NCBI GenBank assembly: GCA_031283185.1
Contig: JAITCH010000009.1
Coordinates: 1,190 to 65,189, forward strand
Direction: 5' to 3'
DNA from: Rickettsiales bacterium
Lineage (GTDB): Bacteria; Pseudomonadota; Alphaproteobacteria; Rs-D84
Length of the DNA: 64,000 nucleotides
Part shown: positions 37,871-47,310 of the stretch, one piece after another
Layout: every line of letters starts with the position of its first letter
Position numbering within the stretch: position 1 is the first letter of the stretch
Position numbers and translations under genes: made by a program
The notes under the pieces: generated by a model
What the model was told of the DNA's origin: nothing
What the model saw: the letters and a program-made list of their open reading frames with translations, nothing else
Database searches by the model: none

Positions 37871-39256
37871 TCACAAAATCTCATTCAATGGCTGTGCCAA
37901 TTTTTTAATCGCATTAAATGCTTTTTTCGCACGGGCAATTTCGCGTTTGTTCATTGTCGCATAACCGCGCGATTCACCTTTCGCGCTCGGCGGAAGATCC
38001 ACCAGCAGAACATCATCGTTAATTCCAACCCATCCGTCTCCAAGCGCGCCGAATGCTTCCGGCTCGCGCTGCACCACTTCATCCAGGTCTGCCCACATTG
38101 CGTTAACTTGTTTGTTGGTCGCGTATGTTATGATATTCGGATTATTTTTCAATTTCCGCGCATCGCGTTTGCGGAATAGAAATACGCGCGACAATTTCAC
38201 GCCGCGCTGCACCGCGTCAAGGTTGTCTTGCTTGAATTGCCGTTCCATCGCATCGTCCGTCCATTCGTTGTTCATCATTGTGGAAGTCGCCCAAATGTGA
38301 TCGCCTTTTTTTGTTTCGGTGAAAAACTTGTGCAGCCAGACATAGAATTTTCCAGTGCCCAAATCTTCGGAACGCGATTGCTCGTCAAAGGCCAAGTATC
38401 CGCCGTCAGAAATCAGACTTGCGCCGGTGGTATATTTGTGGCGCGTCAGCATCAGGAAAATATCGTCTGCGATTTCGTCAGGCTGTCCCAGGCGTTTCAG
38501 CGCGGTTGATTGCCGCCCTTGGACGAACGAAGCATCGTCTTGCACGCCGCTTATCCAGCCCGCCATAACGGAGTTGATGCGAACGCCGTAAAGTTCGGAA
38601 AACACATTAGCAAAGGTCTTTATTAAATTTTCTTTGGCGGCTTGGGTGGCGGCATATGCGGACGCGCCGAATGAACCGCGCATTGCTTCAATGGAATTTT
38701 GGATAACGATGGATGATTGATAGTTCATTTTTTTGACCAGTTCGCGCACCAAGATGTTCATTGCGAAGACATTACCTGCGAATGATTTCTCGAATTCGTC
38801 ATAATCAAAGTTCAATACATTTTCCATATTGAAGAAAATTTCTAGGAATACAAAGCCATCCAAATGCCCGCCGATTTGATCGGTTGCGGACATTAAAGAT
38901 TCTCGGTTGAAATAGTCGACGGGCATCAAGGTTATTTCTGGACGCCGCAACTCGACGGGGATTTCGGATTTGTGATCGTAAAGTCCAATGATGGAGTATC
39001 CAGCATCTAGTAAGATTTTTGTCAGCGCGAGCCCGATTGATAAATTGATTCCTGCGACTACGATGCGCCGTTGTTGTTTTTCATAAACGGAATATCTGGC
39101 GCGCTTGTCGTATGGCTTTATTGCATCTATTGGAATTTGCCAGGCATTGCCATTGCGATTTGCGCCGACTATGCGACCTGCGCGAATTAATGAGATGATA
39201 CGGCGCGTTGTTATGCCCCATTTTTCCGCCGCTGATTTCACATTTATATATTGCAT
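37871..39256 (-). CDS. Fusion protein: N-terminal HTH (MerR/excisionase-like) plus SDR oxidoreductase plus C-terminal domain of unknown function
   Basis: AAEKWGITTRRIISLIRAGRI HTH. SDR glycine-rich VVAGINLSIGLALTK, catalytic YAATQAAK and PDEIADDIF. About 150 aa of unassigned C-terminus. Confidence 0.6.
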   Translation of the reverse strand: MQYINVKSAAEKWGITTRRIISLIRAGRIVGANRNGNAWQIPIDAIKPYDKRARYSVYEKQQRRIVVAGINLSIGLALTKILLDAGYSIIGLYDHKSEIPVELRRPEITLMPVDYFNRESLMSATDQIGGHLDGFVFLEIFFNMENVLNFDYDEFEKSFAGNVFAMNILVRELVKKMNYQSSIVIQNSIEAMRGSFGASAYAATQAAKENLIKTFANVFSELYGVRINSVMAGWISGVQDDASFVQGRQSTALKRLGQPDEIADDIFLMLTRHKYTTGASLISDGGYLAFDEQSRSEDLGTGKFYVWLHKFFTETKKGDHIWATSTMMNNEWTDDAMERQFKQDNLDAVQRGVKLSRVFLFRKRDARKLKNNPNIITYATNKQVNAMWADLDEVVQREPEAFGALGDGWVGINDDVLLVDLPPSAKGESRGYATMNKREIARAKKAFNAIKKLAQPLNEIL

Positions 39257-39380
39257 CTCTCACCTCGTCATCCCGGCGCAGGCCGGAATATTTGTAAGAA
39301 CCTGTCGGCGAAGCCGACACTTTTTAATTCCCCGCCAATGGTGGCGGGGTGTCCGGCTATGCCGGACGGGGTGGTTAGAC
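39257..39380. repeat. Palindromic elements
   Basis: gtcatcccggcgcaggccgga; aattccccgccaatggtggcggggtgtccggctatgccggacggggtggtt. Confidence 0.8.
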
Positions 39381-39540
39381 CCCTTTCAGAACAATTATAG
39401 GAACAATACACCAAAATTTCAAGCAATTTCTGCAAAATACCCCCAAATTTCCAACAGCATTATTCCGAACTCAGAATAATGCCTTGACAAATGCTTTTTC
39501 CGCGCTATTATTTGCGTGTAAATAACAAAGGAGGCCTACT

Positions 39541-40245
39541 ATGGCGATTTATTTATCAGGCGACAAGAAAATGACTGGCTTGGTGCGCCAGTATTTGGAT
39601 AACAACAAAAAACTACCCACATCCATTCCGGGTCTGAGGTGGATGTTAAAGCGCGGACTTATTAAGCAAGGCTTACCGACCCGCGAGGTTAATCCGAATA
39701 AAAATCTAGCGGTAATTTGCGATGCGGGGTTAGAACCATTTGACCGCTTCTTTTTTGTGCCGCCCATTCCGTTTATTGCGGACATTCATTTACCGGATGC
39801 GCTCGGACGCGGCCGATATGCGATTGACTGGGAGTTTTATAAAAAGGCAGCGATTATATCGACGGATTCGGACACATTAAGGAAGATTGGTATAGAGCCG
39901 GGATGTCTTATAGAGAAATACGAATTACGGAGTTTGCTTGTGCATAATAAATTGCACAGCATTTGGTTCACGGCGTTGGATGTTTTTTGTCGCAATGCTG
40001 TGCATATCAAGGACTTTAAGTATGAGGATGGCACGGAGAACGAGGCGAATTTCGAAACCAAGCGCGAGATAGTTGCGGGTCTTGCGGCAGAATTTGTTTT
40101 GAATGATTACACGATGTTGTATGAAGGTGTTGATACGGTATTCAGACAATACTGGTATCCACATTTAGAATCCAGCAAAAACATATCATACCTAGACGCA
40201 TTGAAATTTTTAGAATTGAAAGCGTGCAAATGCCCATGCAAATAA
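39541..40245 (+). CDS. Hypothetical protein
   Basis: 234 aa, divergent from the HTH-SDR gene. Ends CKCPCK. Confidence 0.4.
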   Translation: MAIYLSGDKKMTGLVRQYLDNNKKLPTSIPGLRWMLKRGLIKQGLPTREVNPNKNLAVICDAGLEPFDRFFFVPPIPFIADIHLPDALGRGRYAIDWEFYKKAAIISTDSDTLRKIGIEPGCLIEKYELRSLLVHNKLHSIWFTALDVFCRNAVHIKDFKYEDGTENEANFETKREIVAGLAAEFVLNDYTMLYEGVDTVFRQYWYPHLESSKNISYLDALKFLELKACKCPCK

Positions 40246-40249
40246 TTCC

Positions 40250-40870
40250 CCTCCGTGGCTATCGAGCTCAATAGTCCCCTTCGCTGGCGAAGGGGTGGAC
40301 GGCATAGCCGGACGGGGTAGTGGTAATAAGTCATTGCCCGACTTGATCGGGCAATCCCGGCCGAATAAAATTCCCCTCCAAGGCTTGTCTCGCCGTAGCG
40401 AAGCGCAGGCGGATGGCGGGGTGTCTGCGAAGCAGACGGGGTGGTTGGCACTTGTTAATCGCACAAAGTCCCCTTCGCTAGCGAAGGGGTGGACTGCGAA
40501 GCAGGACGGGGTGGTTAGAAAACCCTGCCCCCTAATTTTTTTGTCATCCCCGCGCAGGCGGGAATTGAGCCGTAGAACTAGTTAGATTTCAAGTGGCAAC
40601 GCAGAAATCTTACGAGTTCAAGGCGAACATCCCCCGAAAGGCAATCGCAAACATTTCGGCGCACGCTAACGAAGGGGAATCTCAAATTGTAAAATGCAAA
40701 ATAAAATTCCCCTCCAAGGCTTGTCGCGCCGTAGCGAAGCGTAGGCGGACGGGGTGGTTGGTGCTTGTTAATCGCACAAAGTCCCCTTCGCTGGCGAAGG
40801 GGTGTCCGGCATAGCCGGACGGGGTAGTGGTAATAAAAATAATTTTCCTGCCCCGTTGTCAGGGTGGGGG
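40250..40870. repeat. Array of composite units about 150 nt long
   Basis: The composite unit is: aattcccctccaaggcttgtcgcgccgtagcgaagcgtaggcggacggggtggttgg-cacttgttaatcgcacaaa-gtccccttcgctggcgaaggggtg...cggggtagtggt. It is repeated and interleaved with gtcattgcccgacttgatcgggcaatc and gtcatccccgcgcaggcgggaat. Confidence 0.8.
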
Positions 40871-40873
40871 TAA

Positions 40874-41242
40874 TTATTCCCCCGGAGTCAACGCGAACCT
40901 AGCCTCCAAGGGATCCGCCGATAAAATTTCTATGCGTAATACATCTTTGCCGCGCGAAAACTCTTGTAATTTGGATTCGTCCTTAACTTCTTTCCACCCG
41001 AGACCGCGCAGGGCATCCCGATAGAATCGTTGAAATTGGCGACGGGATACGGAATTGGAAACGACGAATGTTTCGACAATGCGACCCTCTGGCACTGAAA
41101 AGAGGAATCCTTCGTGGTCTGCGGCTTCAAGGCCGTCCTGCATTGGGACATCTTCAAAGTTGGGAAGGAATCCGTTTGCGCGCGCGACACTGGCGACACC
41201 GACCAAGATCAAAAATCCAAATCCAATTAATATCTGTTTCAT
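40874..41242 (-). CDS. Small secreted protein (downstream of the T4SS genes)
   Basis: 122 aa. Signal peptide MKQILIGFGFLILVGVASVARA. Confidence 0.45.
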   Translation of the reverse strand: MKQILIGFGFLILVGVASVARANGFLPNFEDVPMQDGLEAADHEGFLFSVPEGRIVETFVVSNSVSRRQFQRFYRDALRGLGWKEVKDESKLQEFSRGKDVLRIEILSADPLEARFALTPGE

Positions 41243-41254
41243 TTCATACTCCTT

Positions 41255-41420
41255 ATTAATTCCCCTCCAAGGCTTGTCGCGCCGTAGCGAAGCGCAGGCG
41301 GATGGAGGGGTGCCGCCTTAGGCGGCGGGGTGGTTGGTGCTTGTTAATCGCACAAAGTCCCCTTCGCTGGCGAAGGGGTGCGCCCGAAGGGCACGGGGTA
41401 GTGGTCATAGTCCCGCGTCA
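41255..41420. repeat. Composite palindromic unit (same 150-nt family)
   Basis: aattcccctccaaggcttgtcgcgccgtagcgaagcgcaggcggatggaggggtgccgccttaggcggcggggtggttggtgcttgttaatcgcacaaagtccccttcgctggcgaaggggtg... Confidence 0.8.
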
Positions 41421-41478
41421 GCGGGCAATAACCCTCAAATAGACCGCAAACGAAAAATTGGCCTTGCATTTTTTGTCC

Positions 41479-43953
41479 TTACTTCAACGGCGGGAAACAT
41501 GTTTCTTCGTCCCCTTTATTCAGATTGACGCAACATATCTCACTACCATCAGCTTCTTTAACATATTGTTCACCGACTGACGGGCAGCAACCGAAAGCGT
41601 CGGTTTGGCTGCCGTCATCACAGGTTAGTCCTGCGCCGAAAGCGGCGGCGGACTCGGGCTGATTGGGATTGGAAAAGATCTGTTGTTCCAGTGTTGGAAG
41701 TGCGGCGGCTGGTGCAGTGCCGGGCTTCATAATGTTTCCTGCGGCATCGTATTGCAGACCCAGGTATTTATTGTTTCCGTGGGCGTCAAGGTTATTTCCT
41801 GCGGCTTGGGCATTCTGTTGCTGCTGATATGCTTTTTGTTGCGCGACATATTGTGATTCATACATACTTGATTTATCCAAAAATTCTCTAAGAAATGGTG
41901 AGTTTGCATTATATTCAATTTTCCCTGTGGCAGGATTAACATTTGTTCCGCGCACCTGCCCAACCCAATCCGGATCACTGGCTTTGCCTTTAAGAGTCGT
42001 AGCCATTGCTGTTGCATCATCCAAATTAAAGTCTTTGCGCCCTCTATATGAAGTAGGCGTCAAACCTGCCGTTTGATCAATATTGCTCCAATTTACAATA
42101 ATATCTTTATTGGACAGAACTGTGATGCGGGTTCCTGCTGGTATGGTGAATGGAGGCGTCATATTATCCATCATATCAACAAATAATTTCTGCGTTACTT
42201 TGTCCCACGACTTTATAATTTCCTGTTTGGCCAATTCGGACGAACGAAGTTGCCCGCTCTGCGTAACAGTGTTATTGTTCAGGTCGATTTGATTAACAAA
42301 CTTATCAGATATTGGCGCGACAAGATTGACTGCGGCAGGGACAAGTGATGCCGCCATTGGCATAACGATTTGTTCCAAATAATCTGTGGAACCGCGCCCT
42401 GGAATACCCATTCGTCCCTGTGCATCCGCGGAATATACACTTTTATTAGGCAGATAAAATTCCACTCCATCTGGCCGTATCATTTGATACCATTCAACTT
42501 GTATTCTTCCTATGGTCTTATATGGTCCTGGATATTCTGACCCTGTAACAAATCCATAAATAACCGTTCCTGTCGGAATAATTATATTGCGTTCGCTGTC
42601 GGAGAATACATTTCTGTCGACAACCGCACGAACTGGCAGTTCATGTATTCTGGCATCAACACGAATATCACTGACTATTGTTGCTGGTATGGACTTGAAA
42701 GCGCGCATAACGAACTTACGATTAAAAGTTGTTGCCGTAGATATAATTGCATCATTGTTATCAGCAGACAAAGGCTTCAATACACTCTGCTCCTTAGGTT
42801 TTTCAAATGGTCGTCCTGCCGAACCGATTTGCAAACCACCCAAATCCGCTGTTTCAAGTTGTCTTGCCTTGTTGACTGCGCGTGGTACCGAACCAGAACC
42901 ACTCAGTTGCGGGATACCGCCTTTTGATCGGATTGCTCCACGGGTAGAATTGACATGTTCCGCGTCCGAGCCGATTTTTTTATTTTTATCGCGCAGGTCG
43001 TATATAAAGCCGGTTTCTATATTATATTCGCCAGTGGGTTTTTGGCAGTCGTTGTCGGCAAAAGGATGCGCCTTGAAAGTTCCGTTATCCGGGCGAATAA
43101 AGAATGCTTGTTGACCTGACAGGTTGTATCCGACGAAGGCATATTTATAACAATCCTCCACCGCCGAATCAAATGAATAGTCATCTTCTAAATTCCCCGC
43201 CAAGGGTGGCGGGGTGGCGGCATCGCCGCCGGGGTGGTTCGATGTTCCCCCTCCAAGTTGTATTGGCTCCGCAACCGCCGGACTGCTTACCACTTCCTCA
43301 GCATCTGTCATTCCCGCGAAGGCGGGAATCTCAGATTGTTCAGAAACTATCGGCGCAGCCGGCTCCGATGAATTCCCCGCCAAGGGTGGCGGGGTGGCGG
43401 CATTGCCGCCGGGGTGGTTCGACTCATCCGTCGCCTTCACCGACTCCACATTTTCACTTTTAACTTTTGATTCTTCACTCTTAACTCTCAGCGCAATCGG
43501 CACGACGAATTTCTTTGCGGCCTCCGCGGGCGCGCCGACATCGCTGTGTGCGATGATGATTTTTGCATTGCCGCTTTTCGCGCCTTTTGCGGGTTTCCAA
43601 ATCAGGTTAACATTGCAAGGAATTCCAGCGGCGATGCGTTGAAGTCCCGCGCAAGTATTGGTCATAGTCAAACTGGAATCTTTGGATTCCAAAGATACGC
43701 CGTGTATTGCGATTTCCTGTTCAGAAGAAATGACGATGGATTCTTTGACTTCCTGCCCGGATACCGATGCGATGGATATATCAGACGGAGTGGCTTTTAT
43801 GATGGAATTGCTTGCGCCCAGCCCGCCGCCTTTGCCACCTGCGCGTGGTAGGATTACGACTGCGAATATCAGGAGTAGCATTGCGGCGATACCAAGTAGA
43901 GTCCAGCGCAAGTATGCGGGACTAGACTTTTTGATATTCTGAATATATTGCAT
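41479..43953 (-). CDS. Type IV secretion system VirB10/TrbI-like protein (possibly DotG/IcmE-like), with in-frame palindromic-element inserts
   Basis: TM helix. C-terminal IPTGTVIYGFVTGSEYPGPYKTIGRIQVEWYQMIRPDGVEFYL...GIPGRGSTDYLEQ matches the VirB10 beta-barrel domain. Inserts encode EIPAFAGMT and NHPGGDAATPPPLAGN. Start trimmed to MQYIQNIKK at 43953. Confidence 0.65.
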   Translation of the reverse strand: MQYIQNIKKSSPAYLRWTLLGIAAMLLLIFAVVILPRAGGKGGGLGASNSIIKATPSDISIASVSGQEVKESIVISSEQEIAIHGVSLESKDSSLTMTNTCAGLQRIAAGIPCNVNLIWKPAKGAKSGNAKIIIAHSDVGAPAEAAKKFVVPIALRVKSEESKVKSENVESVKATDESNHPGGNAATPPPLAGNSSEPAAPIVSEQSEIPAFAGMTDAEEVVSSPAVAEPIQLGGGTSNHPGGDAATPPPLAGNLEDDYSFDSAVEDCYKYAFVGYNLSGQQAFFIRPDNGTFKAHPFADNDCQKPTGEYNIETGFIYDLRDKNKKIGSDAEHVNSTRGAIRSKGGIPQLSGSGSVPRAVNKARQLETADLGGLQIGSAGRPFEKPKEQSVLKPLSADNNDAIISTATTFNRKFVMRAFKSIPATIVSDIRVDARIHELPVRAVVDRNVFSDSERNIIIPTGTVIYGFVTGSEYPGPYKTIGRIQVEWYQMIRPDGVEFYLPNKSVYSADAQGRMGIPGRGSTDYLEQIVMPMAASLVPAAVNLVAPISDKFVNQIDLNNNTVTQSGQLRSSELAKQEIIKSWDKVTQKLFVDMMDNMTPPFTIPAGTRITVLSNKDIIVNWSNIDQTAGLTPTSYRGRKDFNLDDATAMATTLKGKASDPDWVGQVRGTNVNPATGKIEYNANSPFLREFLDKSSMYESQYVAQQKAYQQQQNAQAAGNNLDAHGNNKYLGLQYDAAGNIMKPGTAPAAALPTLEQQIFSNPNQPESAAAFGAGLTCDDGSQTDAFGCCPSVGEQYVKEADGSEICCVNLNKGDEETCFPPLK
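43190..43460. mobile_element. Palindromic elements inserted in-frame within the VirB10-like CDS
   Basis: aattccccgccaagggtggcggggtggcggcatcgccgccggggtggttcga (two copies) and gtcattcccgcgaaggcgggaatctc. Confidence 0.8.
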
Positions 43954-43974
43954 TACATCCGCCAATTCTATCTC

Positions 43975-44095
43975 TCTAAATTCCCCTTCGCTGGCGAAGG
44001 GGTGTCCGCCTTCGGCGGACGGGGTAGTGGAATTCCCCGCCAAGGGTGGCGGGGTGTCCGGCGTAGCCGGACGGGGTGGTTCGCTACAATTACTC
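43975..44095. repeat. Palindromic elements
   Basis: aattccccttcgctggcgaaggggtgtccgccttcggcggacggggtagtgg; aattccccgccaagggtggcggggtgtccggcgtagccggacggggtggttcg. Confidence 0.8.
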
Positions 44096-44112
44096 GCCAG
44101 GATTTTTTGTCA

Positions 44113-45624
44113 TTACTGAATCCTCACCACATTGCACGCAGTGTTCTGGAACTTGGAAAGTTTCTCACACAACTGCTGCGCTTCATCAATGGACGACAGC
44201 GGACCTACTCGCAACCGATATAACCGCCCTGCGGACGCGCTGGTTCCAAGCGGCCCCACGCCTTGTTCATCAACGGCGAAGAACACTTTGGACGCATATG
44301 GTCCCAAAATACCTTGTCCGCCACCAGCCGAGAAATTCGCCAATAATTTATTCCAGTATTCGCTGAGTGCCTTGACCGAGGTGTCGGATTGAAGTTCAAC
44401 GGCGACACCTTTTTGATTGCTGGCGATTATCGGGACATCTCGGTTTGGCAAGTATGCTCCGGCGGTCAGGCGCGGCGCGGCTCCACCACTGCCGATAAAG
44501 GCATCGTGATCGGTTCCACCACCGCCGCCACCCATCATCATCACGGGCGCGCCATACATAGACGAAGTATCAATAGTTCCATACATCATATTTTGATCCA
44601 TCATCATTCCGCCGCCCATATAGGCATTGTTCAACGAAGTGTTGGAATTCATGCGTTGCATAACATTTGCCTCGGCAAGTGCCATCACGGACGCGGAGTC
44701 GGATATAAGGAATGGCTTGGCGCGTTTCTTTATGCAAACTAACCGCTGACCAGAGCGCAAGACCATATCGCCAACTGCTTCAACTATCAGCAAGCGGCCA
44801 TCGGGGCCATCAGTGCGGAATCCGACCGGGGATTCGCCGCCCTCTATTAATACGCTAACGACTGGCCGTTGAGTCATTGCGATTACCTTGTCGCCGAAAT
44901 CAATGTAAGTGAAAATTCGGTCGCGCCATACGCGTTCCGGGGCGATGACATAGTCGTCTGGGTTGGGGACGAAGATGTCGAGGTCAAAGCGGAATTCGGA
45001 CGGGTCGATTTTCATACTTTTTATCCAACCATAGTCTTCGCCATCAAAGCTGACTGCCGGGGCGGAAGATTTGCCTTTGTTGATTAATGACTTGCTGCCG
45101 AATCCGTTTGAGCCATTAGAGCCGCCGGATATAAGACCCTGACGACCTTCAATGGTTATGTCGACTTGCGAGTATGTTATTTCGGACGCGTTTGCGGGTT
45201 CCGAGCGAAGATAGAAAACATACTTGTTTCCAGATTTTCCTTCAACGATCATATTGGTATCCGAACCTTGATTTTCTGCCTTTGGAGAAATAGATATGGT
45301 TCGTTTTCCAGTCAAATTATTTAGGAATTCGAATAGCGCATTGTTTCCGATAATGGCATCTGCGATTTCCTCACCTTCTGGAAGATTGATTATTGTTACC
45401 ATACCTTGGCGTAGGCGGATTGTCAAAATTGTTCCTGGCGACCAAGATAGTTGTGCATATCCGGGGCGGGACGAACCGGCGGCCATATTGGCTTCGGGAT
45501 TATCCCAAGCATTTTGGACACCGAATTCGTTGGCCATTGCGTTTGACGCGGCGAATAGCATAACCGCCACCATTAACATTGCCGTCAATTCCCCTCCGAA
45601 TAAAATCTTTTTAACTTTCATCAT
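44113..45624 (-). CDS. VirB9/TrbG-like (possibly DotH/IcmK-like) secretion protein with Gly/Met-rich linker and C-terminal SPOR-like domain
   Basis: Signal peptide. Central beta-rich domain. GGGMMMDQNMMYG...MMMGGGGGG low-complexity linker. C-terminal RLYRLRVGPLSSIDEAQQLCEKLSKF is SPOR-like. Confidence 0.5.
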   Translation of the reverse strand: MMKVKKILFGGELTAMLMVAVMLFAASNAMANEFGVQNAWDNPEANMAAGSSRPGYAQLSWSPGTILTIRLRQGMVTIINLPEGEEIADAIIGNNALFEFLNNLTGKRTISISPKAENQGSDTNMIVEGKSGNKYVFYLRSEPANASEITYSQVDITIEGRQGLISGGSNGSNGFGSKSLINKGKSSAPAVSFDGEDYGWIKSMKIDPSEFRFDLDIFVPNPDDYVIAPERVWRDRIFTYIDFGDKVIAMTQRPVVSVLIEGGESPVGFRTDGPDGRLLIVEAVGDMVLRSGQRLVCIKKRAKPFLISDSASVMALAEANVMQRMNSNTSLNNAYMGGGMMMDQNMMYGTIDTSSMYGAPVMMMGGGGGGTDHDAFIGSGGAAPRLTAGAYLPNRDVPIIASNQKGVAVELQSDTSVKALSEYWNKLLANFSAGGGQGILGPYASKVFFAVDEQGVGPLGTSASAGRLYRLRVGPLSSIDEAQQLCEKLSKFQNTACNVVRIQ

Positions 45625-46252
45625 TTGAACTATGCTCCTCGGTTGCCGTATCAAGGTTTTCGATTCTGTAATCTGCTACTTGCACTCCAAAGGGGTTATC
45701 CAGTCGGTCATTCCAACGAATGTTCCTGCTGTCTTCAAAGTGTAGTTTCAGTATTATTGTAGCCTCTTCTTGGGTGGTGTGTCCAGCGACAAGTTCCTTT
45801 ATTTTTCGGACACGGATTGCGTATCGGTCTTGCCCTCGGGGCGTTGGATTTTCAAGGAAAACTATACGCGTAGTCCAGAATGGTTCAGCGGCCAGGACTT
45901 CCTTTGTCAAGGGTTCTGCGGAGAATTCACGAAAAACTTCTGATGTTGACCAGGCGCGAACACGGCCTGTCATACCCCAGCGGCGGGACATAGTGCGCGA
46001 TGATGGGTAGACGCTGAGGCGTTCGACGACATATTGGCGGATGAAGTTTTGTTTGAATAGCTCTAGGTTTTTGGCGTCTGGGTAGTATGGGGCGACGGCT
46101 ATGTAGCGTTCAGATTCTGCGGCGAAGAAGACTTGTTTTTTAACGAGCGGGAATAGTCCGTCGAGTGTTGCCCACAGGACGAATATGACGACGAGTTGGG
46201 CTGCGAGTGCAAAGCCCATGATACGGGACATAATGAATCCCGGAGTAATCAT
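45611..46252 (-). CDS. Type IV secretion VirB8/DotI-like protein
   Basis: N-terminal TM helix, then NTF2-like domain ending in ...NPFGVQVADYRIE (compare the VirB8 C-terminal NPLGFQVTSYR). Confidence 0.65.
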   Translation of the reverse strand: MITPGFIMSRIMGFALAAQLVVIFVLWATLDGLFPLVKKQVFFAAESERYIAVAPYYPDAKNLELFKQNFIRQYVVERLSVYPSSRTMSRRWGMTGRVRAWSTSEVFREFSAEPLTKEVLAAEPFWTTRIVFLENPTPRGQDRYAIRVRKIKELVAGHTTQEEATIILKLHFEDSRNIRWNDRLDNPFGVQVADYRIENLDTATEEHSSNDES

Positions 46253-46324
46253 TTTGTATAGTTCTCCCTACTTTGAGCAAGGGTAGCAATTTTGGAACAC
46301 CTAACGCAAGCATAAAAATACGGC

Positions 46325-46510
46325 TAAAAATTCCCCACTTTTCTTTTGTCATTCCCGCGCAGGCCGGGATATTTGTAATAAGTCATTGCCCGACTTGATC
46401 GGGCAATCTCGGCAAAAAATTCCCCTCCAAGGCTTGTCGCGCCGTAGCGAAGCGCAGGCGGATGGAGGGGTGTCGCGCCGTAGCGAAGCGCAGGCGGACG
46501 GGGTGGTTAG
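46325..46510. repeat. Palindromic element array
   Basis: tgtcattcccgcgcaggccgggat; gtcattgcccgacttgatcgggcaatc; aattcccctccaaggcttgtcgcgccgtagcgaagcgcaggcgga (two copies)...ggggtggtt. Confidence 0.8.
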
Positions 46511-46524
46511 AAAATTTTCTCACC

Positions 46525-47310
46525 TTATTTAACTGTTATCCCAATTTTTTCCATAGAGGCCTTAAAGTTGGCAAGGTCCTGTTCCCATTTATCAATCAGT
46601 TCCTTTTTCTTTTCAGGCGGGAGTTTCATATTATCATCATCCGCCACCCATTTAGCTGATTGTTCTAAAAGCTCTTTCATCCTCTCATCAAAATAACTTT
46701 GATTCCATTCTGTATTTGACTTTTGAGCCTGCTCGGTTTGATTCTGATTGTCTGCTTGCTCTGTGCTTTCCGAAGCTTTCGCCTGACAATCCGACCATCC
46801 GCTCTTTTGGCAAACTTGGACTTTGTCGTCTTGGCAACTTCCACCATAAGTATTCTTATTTTTAGAGCCGTGCCCAAAAACATTTTTACCATCATCAAAC
46901 CTAACATCGCAGCAGTGATATACTTTTTTGCCATCCTCTGGAATACATTTTTTTGCACCCGCATCCTCGGCCTGTTTCAATATTTTTTCTATTTTTTTAC
47001 TATCTTTATCGTTCGCCCCACTTTCCGAGGAAACTTTTGCCTTTTTATTATTTTTACATCCTGCTTTTTTGTTTTCGAAGAAAACATCTTTTTGAGACTT
47101 GCATTCTAACACTTTATTGAATTCTGTCCTTAACTGTTCGGGACTAACATTGTCGCCAAGAAGAATGTCAAAAGATGTTGGACTCTTATCTCTCAATTCT
47201 TTTAACAAATCTTTGGTATCTCTCATGTCTTCTGCAGATGCCGGATATGCTATACCTAGGCATAATGACGAAATAATAATGGAGCGAAATAATGCGCGCA
47301 TTTTCAACAT
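46525..47310 (-). CDS. Secreted lysine-rich cysteine-motif protein (CC...WSDC family)
   Basis: Signal peptide MLKMRALFRSIIISSLCLGIAYPASA. YHCCDVRFDDG...SGWSDCQAK motif shared with the 811-aa neighbour. Confidence 0.6.
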   Translation of the reverse strand: MLKMRALFRSIIISSLCLGIAYPASAEDMRDTKDLLKELRDKSPTSFDILLGDNVSPEQLRTEFNKVLECKSQKDVFFENKKAGCKNNKKAKVSSESGANDKDSKKIEKILKQAEDAGAKKCIPEDGKKVYHCCDVRFDDGKNVFGHGSKNKNTYGGSCQDDKVQVCQKSGWSDCQAKASESTEQADNQNQTEQAQKSNTEWNQSYFDERMKELLEQSAKWVADDDNMKLPPEKKKELIDKWEQDLANFKASMEKIGITVK

